Of a stretch of DNA of 64,000 nt, positions 1 to 10,714 are shown in pieces; the stretch's first letter is position 1; every line of letters starts with the position of its first letter. Under the pieces are notes generated by a model that did no database searches, was not told the DNA's origin, and worked only from the letters and a program-made list of their open reading frames with translations. This DNA is from a virus. Both the position numbers and the translations under genes were made by a program. The stretch covers positions 6,872-70,871 of IMG/VR virus record IMGVR_UViG_3300042691_022081; one strand, 5' to 3'.

Positions 1-1398
<1,398 letters not shown>

Positions 1399-1403
1399 TT
1401 ATA

Positions 1404-1727
1404 TTATACTCCGAAACTTGATCCGCAACCGCAAGTTGTAGTTGCGTTTGGATTTTTAATTGTAAATTGTGAGCCCATTAGCTCTTCTGTATAGTCTATT
1501 TCTGCACCTTGTAGATATTGCATACTCATGCTGTCTACAAGTAGTTTAAATTCGTCTAAGGGAATTTCAAAATCGTCTTCGTTAACTTCTTCGTCAAATG
1601 TAAAACCATAGCTGAAACCACTACAGCCTCCTCCTTGTACAAATGTACGTAATGCTAGTTTAGGATTACCTTCTTCGTAGAGTAAATCCTTAATTTTTGT
1701 CTTTGCTGAGTCGGAAATGGTTATCAT
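1404..1727 (-). CDS. erpA: A-type Fe-S cluster carrier (ErpA/IscA/HesB)
   Basis: GGGCSGFSY and [14 protein letters not shown] motifs; likely start MITISDSAK at 1727. Confidence 0.93.
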   Translation of the reverse strand: MITISDSAKTKIKDLLYEEGNPKLALRTFVQGGGCSGFSYGFTFDEEVNEDDFEIPLDEFKLLVDSMSMQYLQGAEIDYTEELMGSQFTIKNPNATTTCGCGSSFGV

Positions 1728-1785
1728 GATTGCCCTCGATACGTTATTTATCAAATGATTTTTATAATCTTAATGTAAATACATC

Positions 1786-2073
1786 ATGTACTTAGGACAA
1801 GAATATGCCCAGCAATGCCACTATCGTAAGAGCAAATACGGTACAATGCATGCCTATATGCGTAAAAAAACGGTATTAATTTTTCAATGCGATTGTTGCG
1901 GGGGTATGTTTAAGCGTGATCGAGGAAACATGGATCCTAAGAGATTAAACAATAATGTCTATCATGTTTGCGGAGATTGCGATGCTAAGAAGTTTGCTCA
2001 AAGCAAAGGTGTTGAAGCACGTAAAGTTTGGGATATGCCCGTAAGCAGTCTTAAGACGATAGACCAACTCTAG
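1786..2073 (+). CDS. Hypothetical Zn-ribbon protein
   Basis: CDCC...CGDC cysteine pairs; TAAATA 4 nt upstream of the ATG. Confidence 0.6.
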   Translation: MYLGQEYAQQCHYRKSKYGTMHAYMRKKTVLIFQCDCCGGMFKRDRGNMDPKRLNNNVYHVCGDCDAKKFAQSKGVEARKVWDMPVSSLKTIDQL

Positions 2074-2614
2074 AACTAATAACGTTCCAGTTGATAATTT
2101 TCCACTGATTTTCTAAGTAACGTTTTTTATCAGCTTGATAATCTAATGCCCAAGCATGTTCCCACCAGTCAATTATCAGTACAATGTCCATTTTAATTTC
2201 GTGATTTTTAATAGTTTTAATTTTACCATCACGAGCTAGATATGCCCATCCACTGCCTTGTATAGCCATCGCTTCTTTAGCAAATGCATCTTTAAACTTG
2301 TCAAATGTTTTAAAATGTTTAGTAATAAATTCACCAGCTGAGCCATCTGGCGCATTAGAACTAGTCGTTGGTGCTTGATATTGTGTAAACAACAAGTCAT
2401 GTAAAAACGCACCTGCTTCGTTAAAATCGGCATCGCCTTCACCATCATTAAAACGATCAACATAAGCCTTGTATAACTTACCATAGTGATAACGAATAGT
2501 ATCTTCGCTGATTGCCGGATCCAAATCATCCTTAGCATAAGGAAGTTTAGTTTGTACTAGAGTTTTTGGTGTTTTACCTTCGTTGAGGGTAATATGCTTG
2601 ATAAAGTTGTACAT
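2051..2614 (-). CDS. sod: Fe/Mn superoxide dismutase
   Basis: LPYAKDDLDPAISEDTIRYHY, AFLH, QGSGW and DWWEHAW carry the His/His/Asp/His metal ligands. Confidence 0.92.
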   Translation of the reverse strand: MYNFIKHITLNEGKTPKTLVQTKLPYAKDDLDPAISEDTIRYHYGKLYKAYVDRFNDGEGDADFNEAGAFLHDLLFTQYQAPTTSSNAPDGSAGEFITKHFKTFDKFKDAFAKEAMAIQGSGWAYLARDGKIKTIKNHEIKMDIVLIIDWWEHAWALDYQADKKRYLENQWKIINWNVISSRVGLSS

Positions 2615-2625
2615 AGTGTATTTAC

Positions 2626-3546
2626 CTAGAATTTTAGGTCTATGTACTCTTTACGATAGCTATCAAAATTAGGTGTTAAATTATAATCTTTTAGCTTAAT
2701 ACACAGCTGATTATATTGATCTGCGGTCATGTTTCCCCATGCACGATGATTAATACTAGCCCACCGATGCGGGTCATGCACACCTAAGAAATTAATAAAT
2801 GCAGTAAATTCTTCAGCAGTATTACAATCTCTAAGATATGGAGATGCGTAGTCGTCAATTTGTTGATGACATTTTTCTAATGCATTATTTTTAATCACCC
2901 ACAACGCATATAGAATAAATTCGCTCTTTATGTTAGTTGCAAATTTAAACCATTTAGAAAATGCCCTCAATCCGCCTTTTAGATCTATCAATCCTTTTAC
3001 CAAGTCCGTGTGCAAAAACATAGGAGTAGTTATAGATATGCCATATCTGTTTGGTGGCCGAGGCCTAAAATCTAACCATTTAGCATATTGATTCCATATT
3101 TCTATGGGCATACTAAAAACACTGGACTTCCGATAAGGAACTTTATACTCGTCAAGGTCAAAATTATTGTGCGACCAAGATTTTATTAAAAAATTTTGAC
3201 TGTCAAGAACTAAGTAACCAACTGAAGATATTTTTGTAGCAATCGCTAGTTTTAAAATTTGTTGAGTTTCCCATCCTATTGCCCAAGGATTAATTGCATT
3301 AGGAGTCCAGTGAAACCATTCTCCGTCAAAGTCGTGTAGTGTTAGTATAGAAAGATTATGATTATTGTAGTAATCTTTAATGTGTTTGTTAAAATAATCA
3401 AACCAAGGAGCAGTGTTTTCTTCGTTAACTATAATCCATACAGGGCAATTTTTATCTAAATACAGATTAATGCTTTGAGCTTGTAACTCTAATAAAGGCA
3501 AATCTCTAGTACATGTTACAGTTATAATAGGTATGTTCTTGTGCAT
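2626..3546 (-). CDS. Putative GT-A-fold glycosyltransferase-like protein (DUF6492-like)
   Basis: N-terminal IITVTCTRD, GWETQQILKL and YLVLDSQNF (DxD-like) motifs. Confidence 0.55.
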   Translation of the reverse strand: MHKNIPIITVTCTRDLPLLELQAQSINLYLDKNCPVWIIVNEENTAPWFDYFNKHIKDYYNNHNLSILTLHDFDGEWFHWTPNAINPWAIGWETQQILKLAIATKISSVGYLVLDSQNFLIKSWSHNNFDLDEYKVPYRKSSVFSMPIEIWNQYAKWLDFRPRPPNRYGISITTPMFLHTDLVKGLIDLKGGLRAFSKWFKFATNIKSEFILYALWVIKNNALEKCHQQIDDYASPYLRDCNTAEEFTAFINFLGVHDPHRWASINHRAWGNMTADQYNQLCIKLKDYNLTPNFDSYRKEYIDLKF

Positions 3547-3597
3547 AATATATATAGTAGCATATTTAACGCTAAATAGTCAACAAGGAGATTAACT

Positions 3598-3828
3598 ATG
3601 TTAAACGCACTAAAAAAACTTTTTGGCATAAAGGCTGCAGAAAAGCAAGAACCGCAGATTGAAGTACCTTATAAAATTGAAACACCTGCTCCGGTAGTTC
3701 AAGAACCAGTTGCTGAAACAGCTACTCAAGCAATGGTTGAATCTGTAGCACCTGCTAAGAAAAAGCCAGCGGCTAAAAAGCCAGCGGCTAAAAAGCCACG
3801 CAAGCCAAAAGCACCAAAACAATCTTAA
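3598..3828 (+). CDS. Small protein with a basic Lys/Ala/Pro-rich (histone-H1-like) tail
   Basis: AAGGAG RBS and upstream TAAATA; KKPAAKKPAAKKPRKPK tail. Confidence 0.7.
   Translation: MLNALKKLFGIKAAEKQEPQIEVPYKIETPAPVVQEPVAETATQAMVESVAPAKKKPAAKKPAAKKPRKPKAPKQS
3760..3798 (+). repeat. 15-bp tandem repeat AAAAAGCCAGCGGCT (about 2.6 copies) encoding KKPAA
   Basis: Read directly from the sequence. Confidence 0.85.
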
Positions 3829-4094
3829 TCAAATTTTTTAAGTTTTTCAAGATACAGTTTGAAATCAGACTGTATCTTTTCTTTCCTTTTTTCCGTATCG
3901 GTTGAATCTGGTAATTGATTCAATTCTTCAAGTTGTTCTCGAAGAGTTTCAATACGGTGTATTAGTTGTTCTCTAGATAAGTTTGAGCTTGATTGTATAG
4001 TTCCATGCTGGCGAGGTTTTTGCCCTTGCTTTCGCACATTATGTCGAACTGGTTTAGAAAAGTTATTGCCCATTCGTTTGTTTTTTGATTCCAA
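3825..4094 (-). CDS. Possible small coiled-coil protein (start uncertain, overlaps the uvsE 3' end)
   Basis: The C-terminal half fills the gap 3825-3960 and looks helical; no clear start codon. Confidence 0.3.
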   Translation of the reverse strand: MESKNKRMGNNFSKPVRHNVRKQGQKPRQHGTIQSSSNLSREQLIHRIETLREQLEELNQLPDSTDTEKRKEKIQSDFKLYLEKLKKFD

Positions 4095-4990
4095 TAAAAA
4101 TCTGAGTGTGCTCTAAGTTTTTGTTTTTTGTAGCCTTGTTCGAGCAACAAAGCATGATTAGGTAATGTATTAACGCAGTGGTCGACTAGAACATCTTCAC
4201 GACTGACTGAATAATGACAAGTAGGGCGCACACCACGCCAACTGTCCAAGACACGCTTAACACGATGATCGTCCGCGCTGATATATTCGGACTCACGTAT
4301 CCAATGATGGTGAATATCAAGCACAATAGGAACGATATCGCTAATAGTAAGGCAGTCATCTAAACCCCATGCATTCTCTTCGTTTTCAATAGTAATACAG
4401 TTACGTGCCTCGGGAGATAACCGCTTGTAAGCACTTCTAATACCATCCGGACCTTGTTTACCTGAAATATGAACATTGATTTTAAAGTCTTGAAATTTCT
4501 TACCATAGCCCATGTATCGAACCATGTCTGTATGATATTCAAATTCTTCTAAAGATCGTTGAACAATACCTTCGTTAACACTAGCAAGAACAACAAACTG
4601 ACCAGGATGCATAGAAACACGGGTACCGCTTGCACGAGCACTATCACCAATAAGGCTAAAATTGCGCTCAAGATAGCTGACAACGTCAGGCTTGCGCCAA
4701 AAATAACTCCAACTAGGCTCGGTATAAGCAGGAAGAATGTCGCTACTAAGGCGAACCATCCTAAGATTTTCATTGAGTCCTCCCACACGGTCTACAAGTT
4801 TTTGTGTAGCCGAAATGTTTTGCACCATCAGATCCCAGAGTCTTTGCTCTGCTACATCCTTTGACTGTCTATTTAACCAAGTTATGGTAGTTGTACCAGT
4901 ATTATACTGTTTGGCATCATCGTCTTTCTTGATACCATCTACTTGATCGGCGCGGTCGATCCATTTACACGCAAAGCCTATTTTACCCAT
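3962..4990 (-). CDS. uvsE: UV damage endonuclease UvsE/UVDE
   Basis: IGFAC, RLSSDILP, RVSMHPGQFVVL, TIENEE, LDIHHH and AHSD motifs; likely start MGKIGFAC at 4990. Confidence 0.92.
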   Translation of the reverse strand: MGKIGFACKWIDRADQVDGIKKDDDAKQYNTGTTTITWLNRQSKDVAEQRLWDLMVQNISATQKLVDRVGGLNENLRMVRLSSDILPAYTEPSWSYFWRKPDVVSYLERNFSLIGDSARASGTRVSMHPGQFVVLASVNEGIVQRSLEEFEYHTDMVRYMGYGKKFQDFKINVHISGKQGPDGIRSAYKRLSPEARNCITIENEENAWGLDDCLTISDIVPIVLDIHHHWIRESEYISADDHRVKRVLDSWRGVRPTCHYSVSREDVLVDHCVNTLPNHALLLEQGYKKQKLRAHSDFYWNQKTNEWAITFLNQFDIMCESKGKNLASMELYNQAQTYLENN

Positions 4991-5187
4991 TACCAATGCC
5001 TTATAACGCCTGCAATTATGAAAAAGTTTGTGATAATGTATATTAACACAATTAGCGTACGAATGCAAGCAATTCGGTCCGCTTCCACGTCCGAACTGCC
5101 TGATTTTTCTCCTAATGCTTTAGCCCAAATGCGCCAAAGTTTAGCCTTCGTAGATTGCTGAATTGGCTCCATGCTCAAACACTTCAA
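4990..5187 (-). CDS. Small conserved phage membrane protein
   Basis: LWRIWAKALGEK...DRIACIRT...AGVIRHW resembles a small ORF common in T4-like aquatic phages; one TM helix; start uncertain. Confidence 0.6.
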   Translation of the reverse strand: MKCLSMEPIQQSTKAKLWRIWAKALGEKSGSSDVEADRIACIRTLIVLIYIITNFFIIAGVIRHW

Positions 5188-5623
5188 CTGATTTAACTCT
5201 TACTGTTGGGTTAACTGGGTAACGCATATTACCTGATGCTAATAAGTCAGCCATTTTATCGTAGGCCATTTTAGCAAACATTTCGCATCCTACCGCAGGC
5301 ACAATACGCAAGTCACAAACTCCGCCTTGATCCTGAAGTCCAAGTTCTGCCATTTGTTTGAACATGTCTAGTTTTGGGTCATCTTCAGCAACTACCAAGG
5401 TGTGATCAAACATATAGTCTGCCCACTCCTTAAATGCTTTGAGTCCACCAAAGTCCATACACCAATTTTTATCATCTAGTGTATCACATTCAAATACTAG
5501 TTTGATACCAATCGAGTATCCGTGTAGTAATGAGCAATGACTATGAGTTGAGCGCCATTGTCTAAAACAGCATGATAAGCCGCGGTCGTTGCCGTATGTT
5601 TTTGTCGAGTAAAATTTTGCCAT
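5141..5623 (-). CDS. queD: 6-carboxy-5,6,7,8-tetrahydropterin synthase (QueD/PTPS family)
   Basis: HCSLLHGYS, MDFGGLK, FDHTL and EVFEHGANSA motifs; AAGGAG RBS. Confidence 0.88.
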   Translation of the reverse strand: MAKFYSTKTYGNDRGLSCCFRQWRSTHSHCSLLHGYSIGIKLVFECDTLDDKNWCMDFGGLKAFKEWADYMFDHTLVVAEDDPKLDMFKQMAELGLQDQGGVCDLRIVPAVGCEMFAKMAYDKMADLLASGNMRYPVNPTVRVKSVEVFEHGANSAIYEG

Positions 5624-5688
5624 TGTTATCTCCTTAGATTAGCAATGGCGGCAGAATTTATATTGCGGGATGACGCCTAAGGCCGCAT
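5619..5688 (-). promoter_or_regulatory. Putative preQ1-I-like riboswitch or structured 5' leader of queD
   Basis: The minus strand reads UGCGG-CCUUAGGCGUCAUC-CCGCA-AUAUAAAUUCUGC-CGCC. P1 is UGCGG/CCGCA and loop GGCG can pair with the downstream CGCC. A competing hairpin GCCAUUG...CAAUGGC buries AAGGAG and the AUG. Confidence 0.6.
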
Positions 5689-5694
5689 AATGTA

Positions 5695-5722
5695 ATTATA
5701 CAGGTTTATATGTTAGAGTCAA
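5695..5722 (-). promoter_or_regulatory. sigma70-like promoter for queD-uvsE
   Basis: TTGACT-N16-TATAAT; the predicted start site falls at the 5' end of the structured leader. Confidence 0.7.
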
Positions 5723-5724
5723 CT

Positions 5725-7173
5725 TTATTGGCGACTAATTGCACCAAAAGGTAACCATTGACCAGGAGCACCACTGTCCATGCATATCCAGCCAACATAG
5801 TTGTCTACAGTTGGATTTGAATTCCAGCAGATGTCGCCTTTATTGAACGAGCCAACTGTTGGTGCGCTAGATCCTGTAATAAATTTTTTATTTGAAAACT
5901 GAATGTTCCCACTAACTGCCAAATCAACATCATCTGGAGGAGTGTTAATTCCCACAGTTAATTGTCCAAACACTTTAACTGGAACTTTTGTATTTTGTTT
6001 ATCACCAATTGTAATTTCATTTCGATCTGCATAAAACTTTTCTTGTCCTACAACGTCCATTACAATTTTTTGATTTGAGGAAAGTTTTCCGTTAGTTATA
6101 GTGAACTCATTGCCATCGTTAAACAAAATAGTTTTTGCATTAATCACTGCACGACTGGCGTTGATCCTGTCCATAAAGGTAGCTTCGCCCTGAACATTCA
6201 ATTCATCGAGAGTTCCTAGTTTAGAAATATTTGATTGAGTAACATTTGGCCCAAGCCCTTTGCTAGAAATAACAGAAACTCCGTTTATCATATAACTTTG
6301 ATCTTCTGCTAAATCAATAGATTCTGTGGACCATAGTCTATCTGGGCCAGCCATCATAACAAACTGTCTCATGCTACCAGTACCGGTCCAAACTAATCCT
6401 TGTCCGTAAATTGCACGTTCTCTGCTTGTTTTAAATTCTAAAGGTTGGTATCTGTCGATACGGTTGTCAGCTACTACAGTATCAACAGTTAACGTACCAT
6501 AAATTCTTACATCAGCATTTTTAGTCGATTCGTTTCCAAAAACAACTTGTCCATTATTTTTTATAGCAATTCTAGGCAAATTGTCTGTTATGATTTCTAA
6601 ATCATGACTAGTATATGTTCCTATCTGTGCTAGATTATCTCTTGGTGAGCTAATGATTACTTCTACATTATTATCAACTACACTTAGTACGCCGTTTGGA
6701 TTATCTGTGTTTAATCCTAATCTTCCAAATGCACTATTAAAATGTGCAAAATCTGCAATCGAAGCTTCGCCAGAAACTACAAGTTTTCTTAAAGTTCCAA
6801 GTTCTTTTAAATTACTTCTTGTAATAGTCCCGCCAAGACCATCTTTACTAAGCACAGGCGTATTTTCAATCATGTAAGATTTGTTTGCAGCAAGATCTAT
6901 GTCTGCGTCAGTCCACAGTCTAGCACCAGAACGATATGCTAACTGTATAGACCCTGTTGGCCAAGTCCAATGTAACCCTTTGGAAAATAATTCAGTCTCG
7001 TCTTCTACAGTCCAACTGCCAATGTCAGCGAGTGCGGTTTTTGGCTCTTCATCTAGCACTTTTAGTGAATTTACAGTAAGTGTGCCGTCAAGAGTCACAT
7101 CTCCTTGTATATCATTTACAGTGAGTTTTTTAATGACAACTTTGTCGTCTTGAATGGAAAAAATTTGGCTCAT
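5725..7173 (-). CDS. Putative virion structural / tail-fibre-associated protein with an internal duplication
   Basis: Two repeats of GL.WT...RLW....IDLA...SYMI....V.S..GLG.....SN...LGTL..L.V.GEA; C-terminal APTVGSFNKGDICWN...GWIC...GQW; upstream TAAATA at 7193-7198. Confidence 0.6.
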   Translation of the reverse strand: MSQIFSIQDDKVVIKKLTVNDIQGDVTLDGTLTVNSLKVLDEEPKTALADIGSWTVEDETELFSKGLHWTWPTGSIQLAYRSGARLWTDADIDLAANKSYMIENTPVLSKDGLGGTITRSNLKELGTLRKLVVSGEASIADFAHFNSAFGRLGLNTDNPNGVLSVVDNNVEVIISSPRDNLAQIGTYTSHDLEIITDNLPRIAIKNNGQVVFGNESTKNADVRIYGTLTVDTVVADNRIDRYQPLEFKTSRERAIYGQGLVWTGTGSMRQFVMMAGPDRLWSTESIDLAEDQSYMINGVSVISSKGLGPNVTQSNISKLGTLDELNVQGEATFMDRINASRAVINAKTILFNDGNEFTITNGKLSSNQKIVMDVVGQEKFYADRNEITIGDKQNTKVPVKVFGQLTVGINTPPDDVDLAVSGNIQFSNKKFITGSSAPTVGSFNKGDICWNSNPTVDNYVGWICMDSGAPGQWLPFGAISRQ

Positions 7174-7224
7174 AATAACGTCTCTTGTCCAGTATTTATC
7201 TTAGACTAAGAGTAACACATCGCC

Positions 7225-7251
7225 AAAAAAAAGCCCAGGATTAACTGGGCT
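7225..7251 (-). terminator. Rho-independent terminator
   Basis: Hairpin AGCCCAG/CTGGGCT followed by a T run on the minus strand, just after the stop at 7259. Confidence 0.8.
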
Positions 7252-7258
7252 GTTTAAA

Positions 7259-8452
7259 TTACGCTATTTTAAGTAGAATGGTCTCTTCGTTAATTCGGCC
7301 ATTCATTTTAGTATCTGTAGCATTGATATCCTCTAAGAACTTACGCAACTGTACCTTACCCGCAGCTTTAAACTCTTTGAGCTTTTCTTCGGGTTTACGG
7401 ATAGTTTTTTGAACACTTGTATGTTCGTTAAACCCAGTAATTGTAGTACCTTTAACACCAAGATCCATATACTCATTGGCAACATATTTGCCAAGTTTGC
7501 GAGTCTTAGTATTAAACACCCACAATTCCTTGCTACCAATAATGTCAGCAGGATTAATAGACACAAGTTTCAAAGGCTCATCTGTTTTCTTGAACTTGAG
7601 TTTAGCAACAATCTTGTCCTTAGGAACAACTTTGGCCTTGCGGGGCTTACGATTAACTTTGGCTTCTTGTCCAAGCATATCGCAAGCACTCATAATTTCT
7701 TGATAGAACGCAATTAAGTTTTTAATCTGCTTACGGCTACGATGACTGTAGCCTTCACGCAACTGTTCATCTGCATTACCGCTAGCAAGTTCTTCGAGTT
7801 CAGCTAGATCGCGAGCATAAAACTGTTTAATAATACGTGCATGGGCAGCTTTGGCTTCTTTACCTTTGAGCAAGTTAAGAATTTTAAATGCTTTTGGATC
7901 AAAATTTTCTGGATCAGTTTGAAAATTTTCAATAGCATCTTCAATTTCCTCAGTCATTTTGTACGCAGCTTCACGCACACGATCCTGGATTGAAGGAGTA
8001 AATACCGCAGGTTTTTCAACTTTGGCTTCTGCTTCTTCGTCGATGTCATCCTTACCTTCGCGAATAACTTCATTAATGCGTTCACGCAACCAAGCTGAAG
8101 TATCACGACCGTTGTTAAAGTCTGCACGAACAGCAGGCATACCGCGGAGCAAACATGATGCGATAGCACCCATAGTACCACCACATCGGTTATCTTTGGT
8201 TTTCTTAAATGCTTGAATGTCTTCTTTGGTACAACCAATTGAGGTCATCCATTTAATAACAGCAGGCTTTAAATCTTTACCGTTAAATTCCAATCGGTAG
8301 TAGTCCATGGCATTACGAAACTTTTTACTAAATTCGTCAGCAGTCAAAGTATCAACATCATCCCAAGTAGGGCTGTGATCCTTAGGCGTTTTGCTACGAT
8401 GTGCAATCACTTGCTTTTTAGTTACACGAGTTTTGGTTGCTGCTTTAGCCAA
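7259..8452 (-). CDS. Hypothetical phage protein (Lys/Glu-rich)
   Basis: Long ORF; likely TTG start at 8452 with AGGAG RBS; has its own promoter and terminator. Confidence 0.75.
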   Translation of the reverse strand: MAKAATKTRVTKKQVIAHRSKTPKDHSPTWDDVDTLTADEFSKKFRNAMDYYRLEFNGKDLKPAVIKWMTSIGCTKEDIQAFKKTKDNRCGGTMGAIASCLLRGMPAVRADFNNGRDTSAWLRERINEVIREGKDDIDEEAEAKVEKPAVFTPSIQDRVREAAYKMTEEIEDAIENFQTDPENFDPKAFKILNLLKGKEAKAAHARIIKQFYARDLAELEELASGNADEQLREGYSHRSRKQIKNLIAFYQEIMSACDMLGQEAKVNRKPRKAKVVPKDKIVAKLKFKKTDEPLKLVSINPADIIGSKELWVFNTKTRKLGKYVANEYMDLGVKGTTITGFNEHTSVQKTIRKPEEKLKEFKAAGKVQLRKFLEDINATDTKMNGRINEETILLKIA

Positions 8453-8483
8453 TTTATGCTCCTGGTTAATTAACAATACAAGT

Positions 8484-8512
8484 ATTATAGCACCGAAAAG
8501 TACTTATGTCAA
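8484..8512 (-). promoter_or_regulatory. Consensus sigma70 promoter
   Basis: TTGACA-N17-TATAAT, exact. Confidence 0.85.
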
Positions 8513-9880
8513 GCTCTTGCATTCAGCGTATAACTTAGCCAATTCGGGAAATGTATCCAAAAAATTGGTATTTCTGCGCTTGTCGTGCTCATCAAAAAAC
8601 AAAGCAAAGTCTTTCAAATGGACTTGTTCTCGTTCTTCATCGAACAAGTATTGTATTCTTTCTAATTTGGCTACTTCCCAATTTTGGAAACCTTTGCCGT
8701 TACAGTGATTATCCTGCATGAATTTAACTTGTTTGATAATTTGATTTTTATATTCACTTGGTAAAATTCTAACACTCATCCATTTTGGATTGTCTAGATA
8801 AGGTATGTCTACATTAATTGAACGATCTTCGTCAAAATATTTTAACTTCATTAACAATACATCTTTTAAGAATTCTATATATGAAGTAACTGATAATGCG
8901 TTGTAAGTAGACATTATACTAAAATTAGCTTTAGGAACTTCGCTTAAAAATTTATAACAGTTTTCCAACCAGATATCATAGTCCATTCCGTTTCTAATGT
9001 ATTCTGCTTTTGCTCCGTAGGCTTCTGCACTTGTGAATAAGGTAAATCGTTTAACCGCTTTGTTTTCTTGAATAATTTTAATCTTTTCAATAAATTTGTC
9101 AAATAATTTATCAGGCAACACACAATTACTGTTGATTGCCAATTCTAAATTAGGATTAGGATTTTCAATAATATAGTCAAGGACTTTAAAAGTATCCTTG
9201 CTCATTAACGGTTCACCGCCAGTAATTCGAAAGGTATGTAATGTTGGATATACATCTGGCCACCATTTCCAAAATGCTTCTACATAAGGATTATGTTCCT
9301 TAATTGGAATAGGAATTTTGTTTTGATGCTTTGTATGTTCTAAATCATTATATCGAAGTGTAGTTGGATATCCGCCAAACTTTTCAATTTCTTCCATCCA
9401 CTTAGAACTAATATGTGGACTACAGTAAGCACATTTAAAATTACAAGCATGGCTAAAACTGACTTCTAGATAAGTTGGTTTTATATTTTTTTCATAGCCA
9501 GCTACCATGACATCAAAGTAGCGAGATTGGCCAGCCCAATCATCTGTACTTTTATAAATTCTGTCACTGAATACATCTGCATCTGTTGGTGCATTATCTT
9601 CAACTTGCCAACAAAAATGACATTCTTCTGGACGTTGTCCAGTCATCATTAATTTACGCTGTTGTTTTTTAAATGACGTGTTGTGTAAAGCACTAGGATC
9701 CTCTTGAATTTCTTCAATAGGGATTTTATGTGTGTTAGGATGATGACAACTGTGTGTATGCCCGTTTTGGAGGTGCAAAGTGACTTGTAGCCACTTTGCT
9801 AAACACATTCCGGGACCAGTTCTGTCTAATACTGTTTTTGCTTTTCTTAGCCAGATAATTTTTTCATCTGTCATGTCCAA
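8504..9880 (-). CDS. Radical SAM protein with an N-terminal twitch/SPASM-like Cys cluster
   Basis: CNFKCAYC and ITGGEPL; N-terminal CLAKW...SCHH...ECHFCW. Confidence 0.88.
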   Translation of the reverse strand: MDMTDEKIIWLRKAKTVLDRTGPGMCLAKWLQVTLHLQNGHTHSCHHPNTHKIPIEEIQEDPSALHNTSFKKQQRKLMMTGQRPEECHFCWQVEDNAPTDADVFSDRIYKSTDDWAGQSRYFDVMVAGYEKNIKPTYLEVSFSHACNFKCAYCSPHISSKWMEEIEKFGGYPTTLRYNDLEHTKHQNKIPIPIKEHNPYVEAFWKWWPDVYPTLHTFRITGGEPLMSKDTFKVLDYIIENPNPNLELAINSNCVLPDKLFDKFIEKIKIIQENKAVKRFTLFTSAEAYGAKAEYIRNGMDYDIWLENCYKFLSEVPKANFSIMSTYNALSVTSYIEFLKDVLLMKLKYFDEDRSINVDIPYLDNPKWMSVRILPSEYKNQIIKQVKFMQDNHCNGKGFQNWEVAKLERIQYLFDEEREQVHLKDFALFFDEHDKRRNTNFLDTFPELAKLYAECKSLT

Positions 9881-10701
9881 AGACTCTCGCGAATCTTAAT
9901 AAGACGAATCATCATTGCTTCTTCTTCCTTAGCATAGTCTATTTCGATCTTACGCAAGGCCTTAAGAGCTTTGTCGCCTATCTTACGAAGTTTAGGGTTT
10001 TTATCAGCACGTAGGCTTCCCCAAAGACTGCCACCGTTTTCTTTTCGGCAATTTTCGCAGTAATCTGTCCAACCGCTAACATCATAAGGGTCAGGACGAT
10101 TACGATAAGTTACAGTCCACCAAGTATATAACTCAATAATTTCCTTGGCGGCTTTTGCTTGATATGTGGGTTCGACTTTGTGCTTTTCACCTTCTTCCAA
10201 AAACTCTTCGTTAGTTAGTGTTGCAGCCCAACGCAGGTATTCTAATCCAGCTTCTGGACAACGCCAAGTTCTCCAACCAATTTTACGATACCAAGGAACA
10301 TTGTATTTGGTCTTCATATCGTCACTCCAGATGCAGTGATGCCATGCTTGTTCTATTTCAACAAAATCCACAAGCTCGTTGAATAGACAAGGAAGAAAGC
10401 GATTACCAACATCGCACCAGTTACCAGGTTGTATGTCGCGAGGATGGGCCGTAAGACGATGGCTGTGACTAACCCAGCGATTATTAATATAATAGCGAAT
10501 GTCATTTAATTTATCTGGTATATAGTAAACAAATTTTTGTAGATAATCAAGGCCTTCCTCGGCTATCCACCAACGAACAGGATGCGCAGACTTGGCTTGA
10601 TTTTCCCAGTCATGCCATTCGTCGCTAGTACCCACTTTGAGTTTTGGTGTACCGCGAATCCAATCTGCAAATTTACTAATTGTCCAATAATGACTACGCA
10701 T
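9871..10701 (-). CDS. Hypothetical Trp-rich phage protein
   Basis: 276-aa ORF in the minus-strand operon; GGA-containing RBS. Confidence 0.7.
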   Translation of the reverse strand: MRSHYWTISKFADWIRGTPKLKVGTSDEWHDWENQAKSAHPVRWWIAEEGLDYLQKFVYYIPDKLNDIRYYINNRWVSHSHRLTAHPRDIQPGNWCDVGNRFLPCLFNELVDFVEIEQAWHHCIWSDDMKTKYNVPWYRKIGWRTWRCPEAGLEYLRWAATLTNEEFLEEGEKHKVEPTYQAKAAKEIIELYTWWTVTYRNRPDPYDVSGWTDYCENCRKENGGSLWGSLRADKNPKLRKIGDKALKALRKIEIDYAKEEEAMMIRLIKIRESLWT

Positions 10702-10714
10702 TGTTTTTCCTTAA

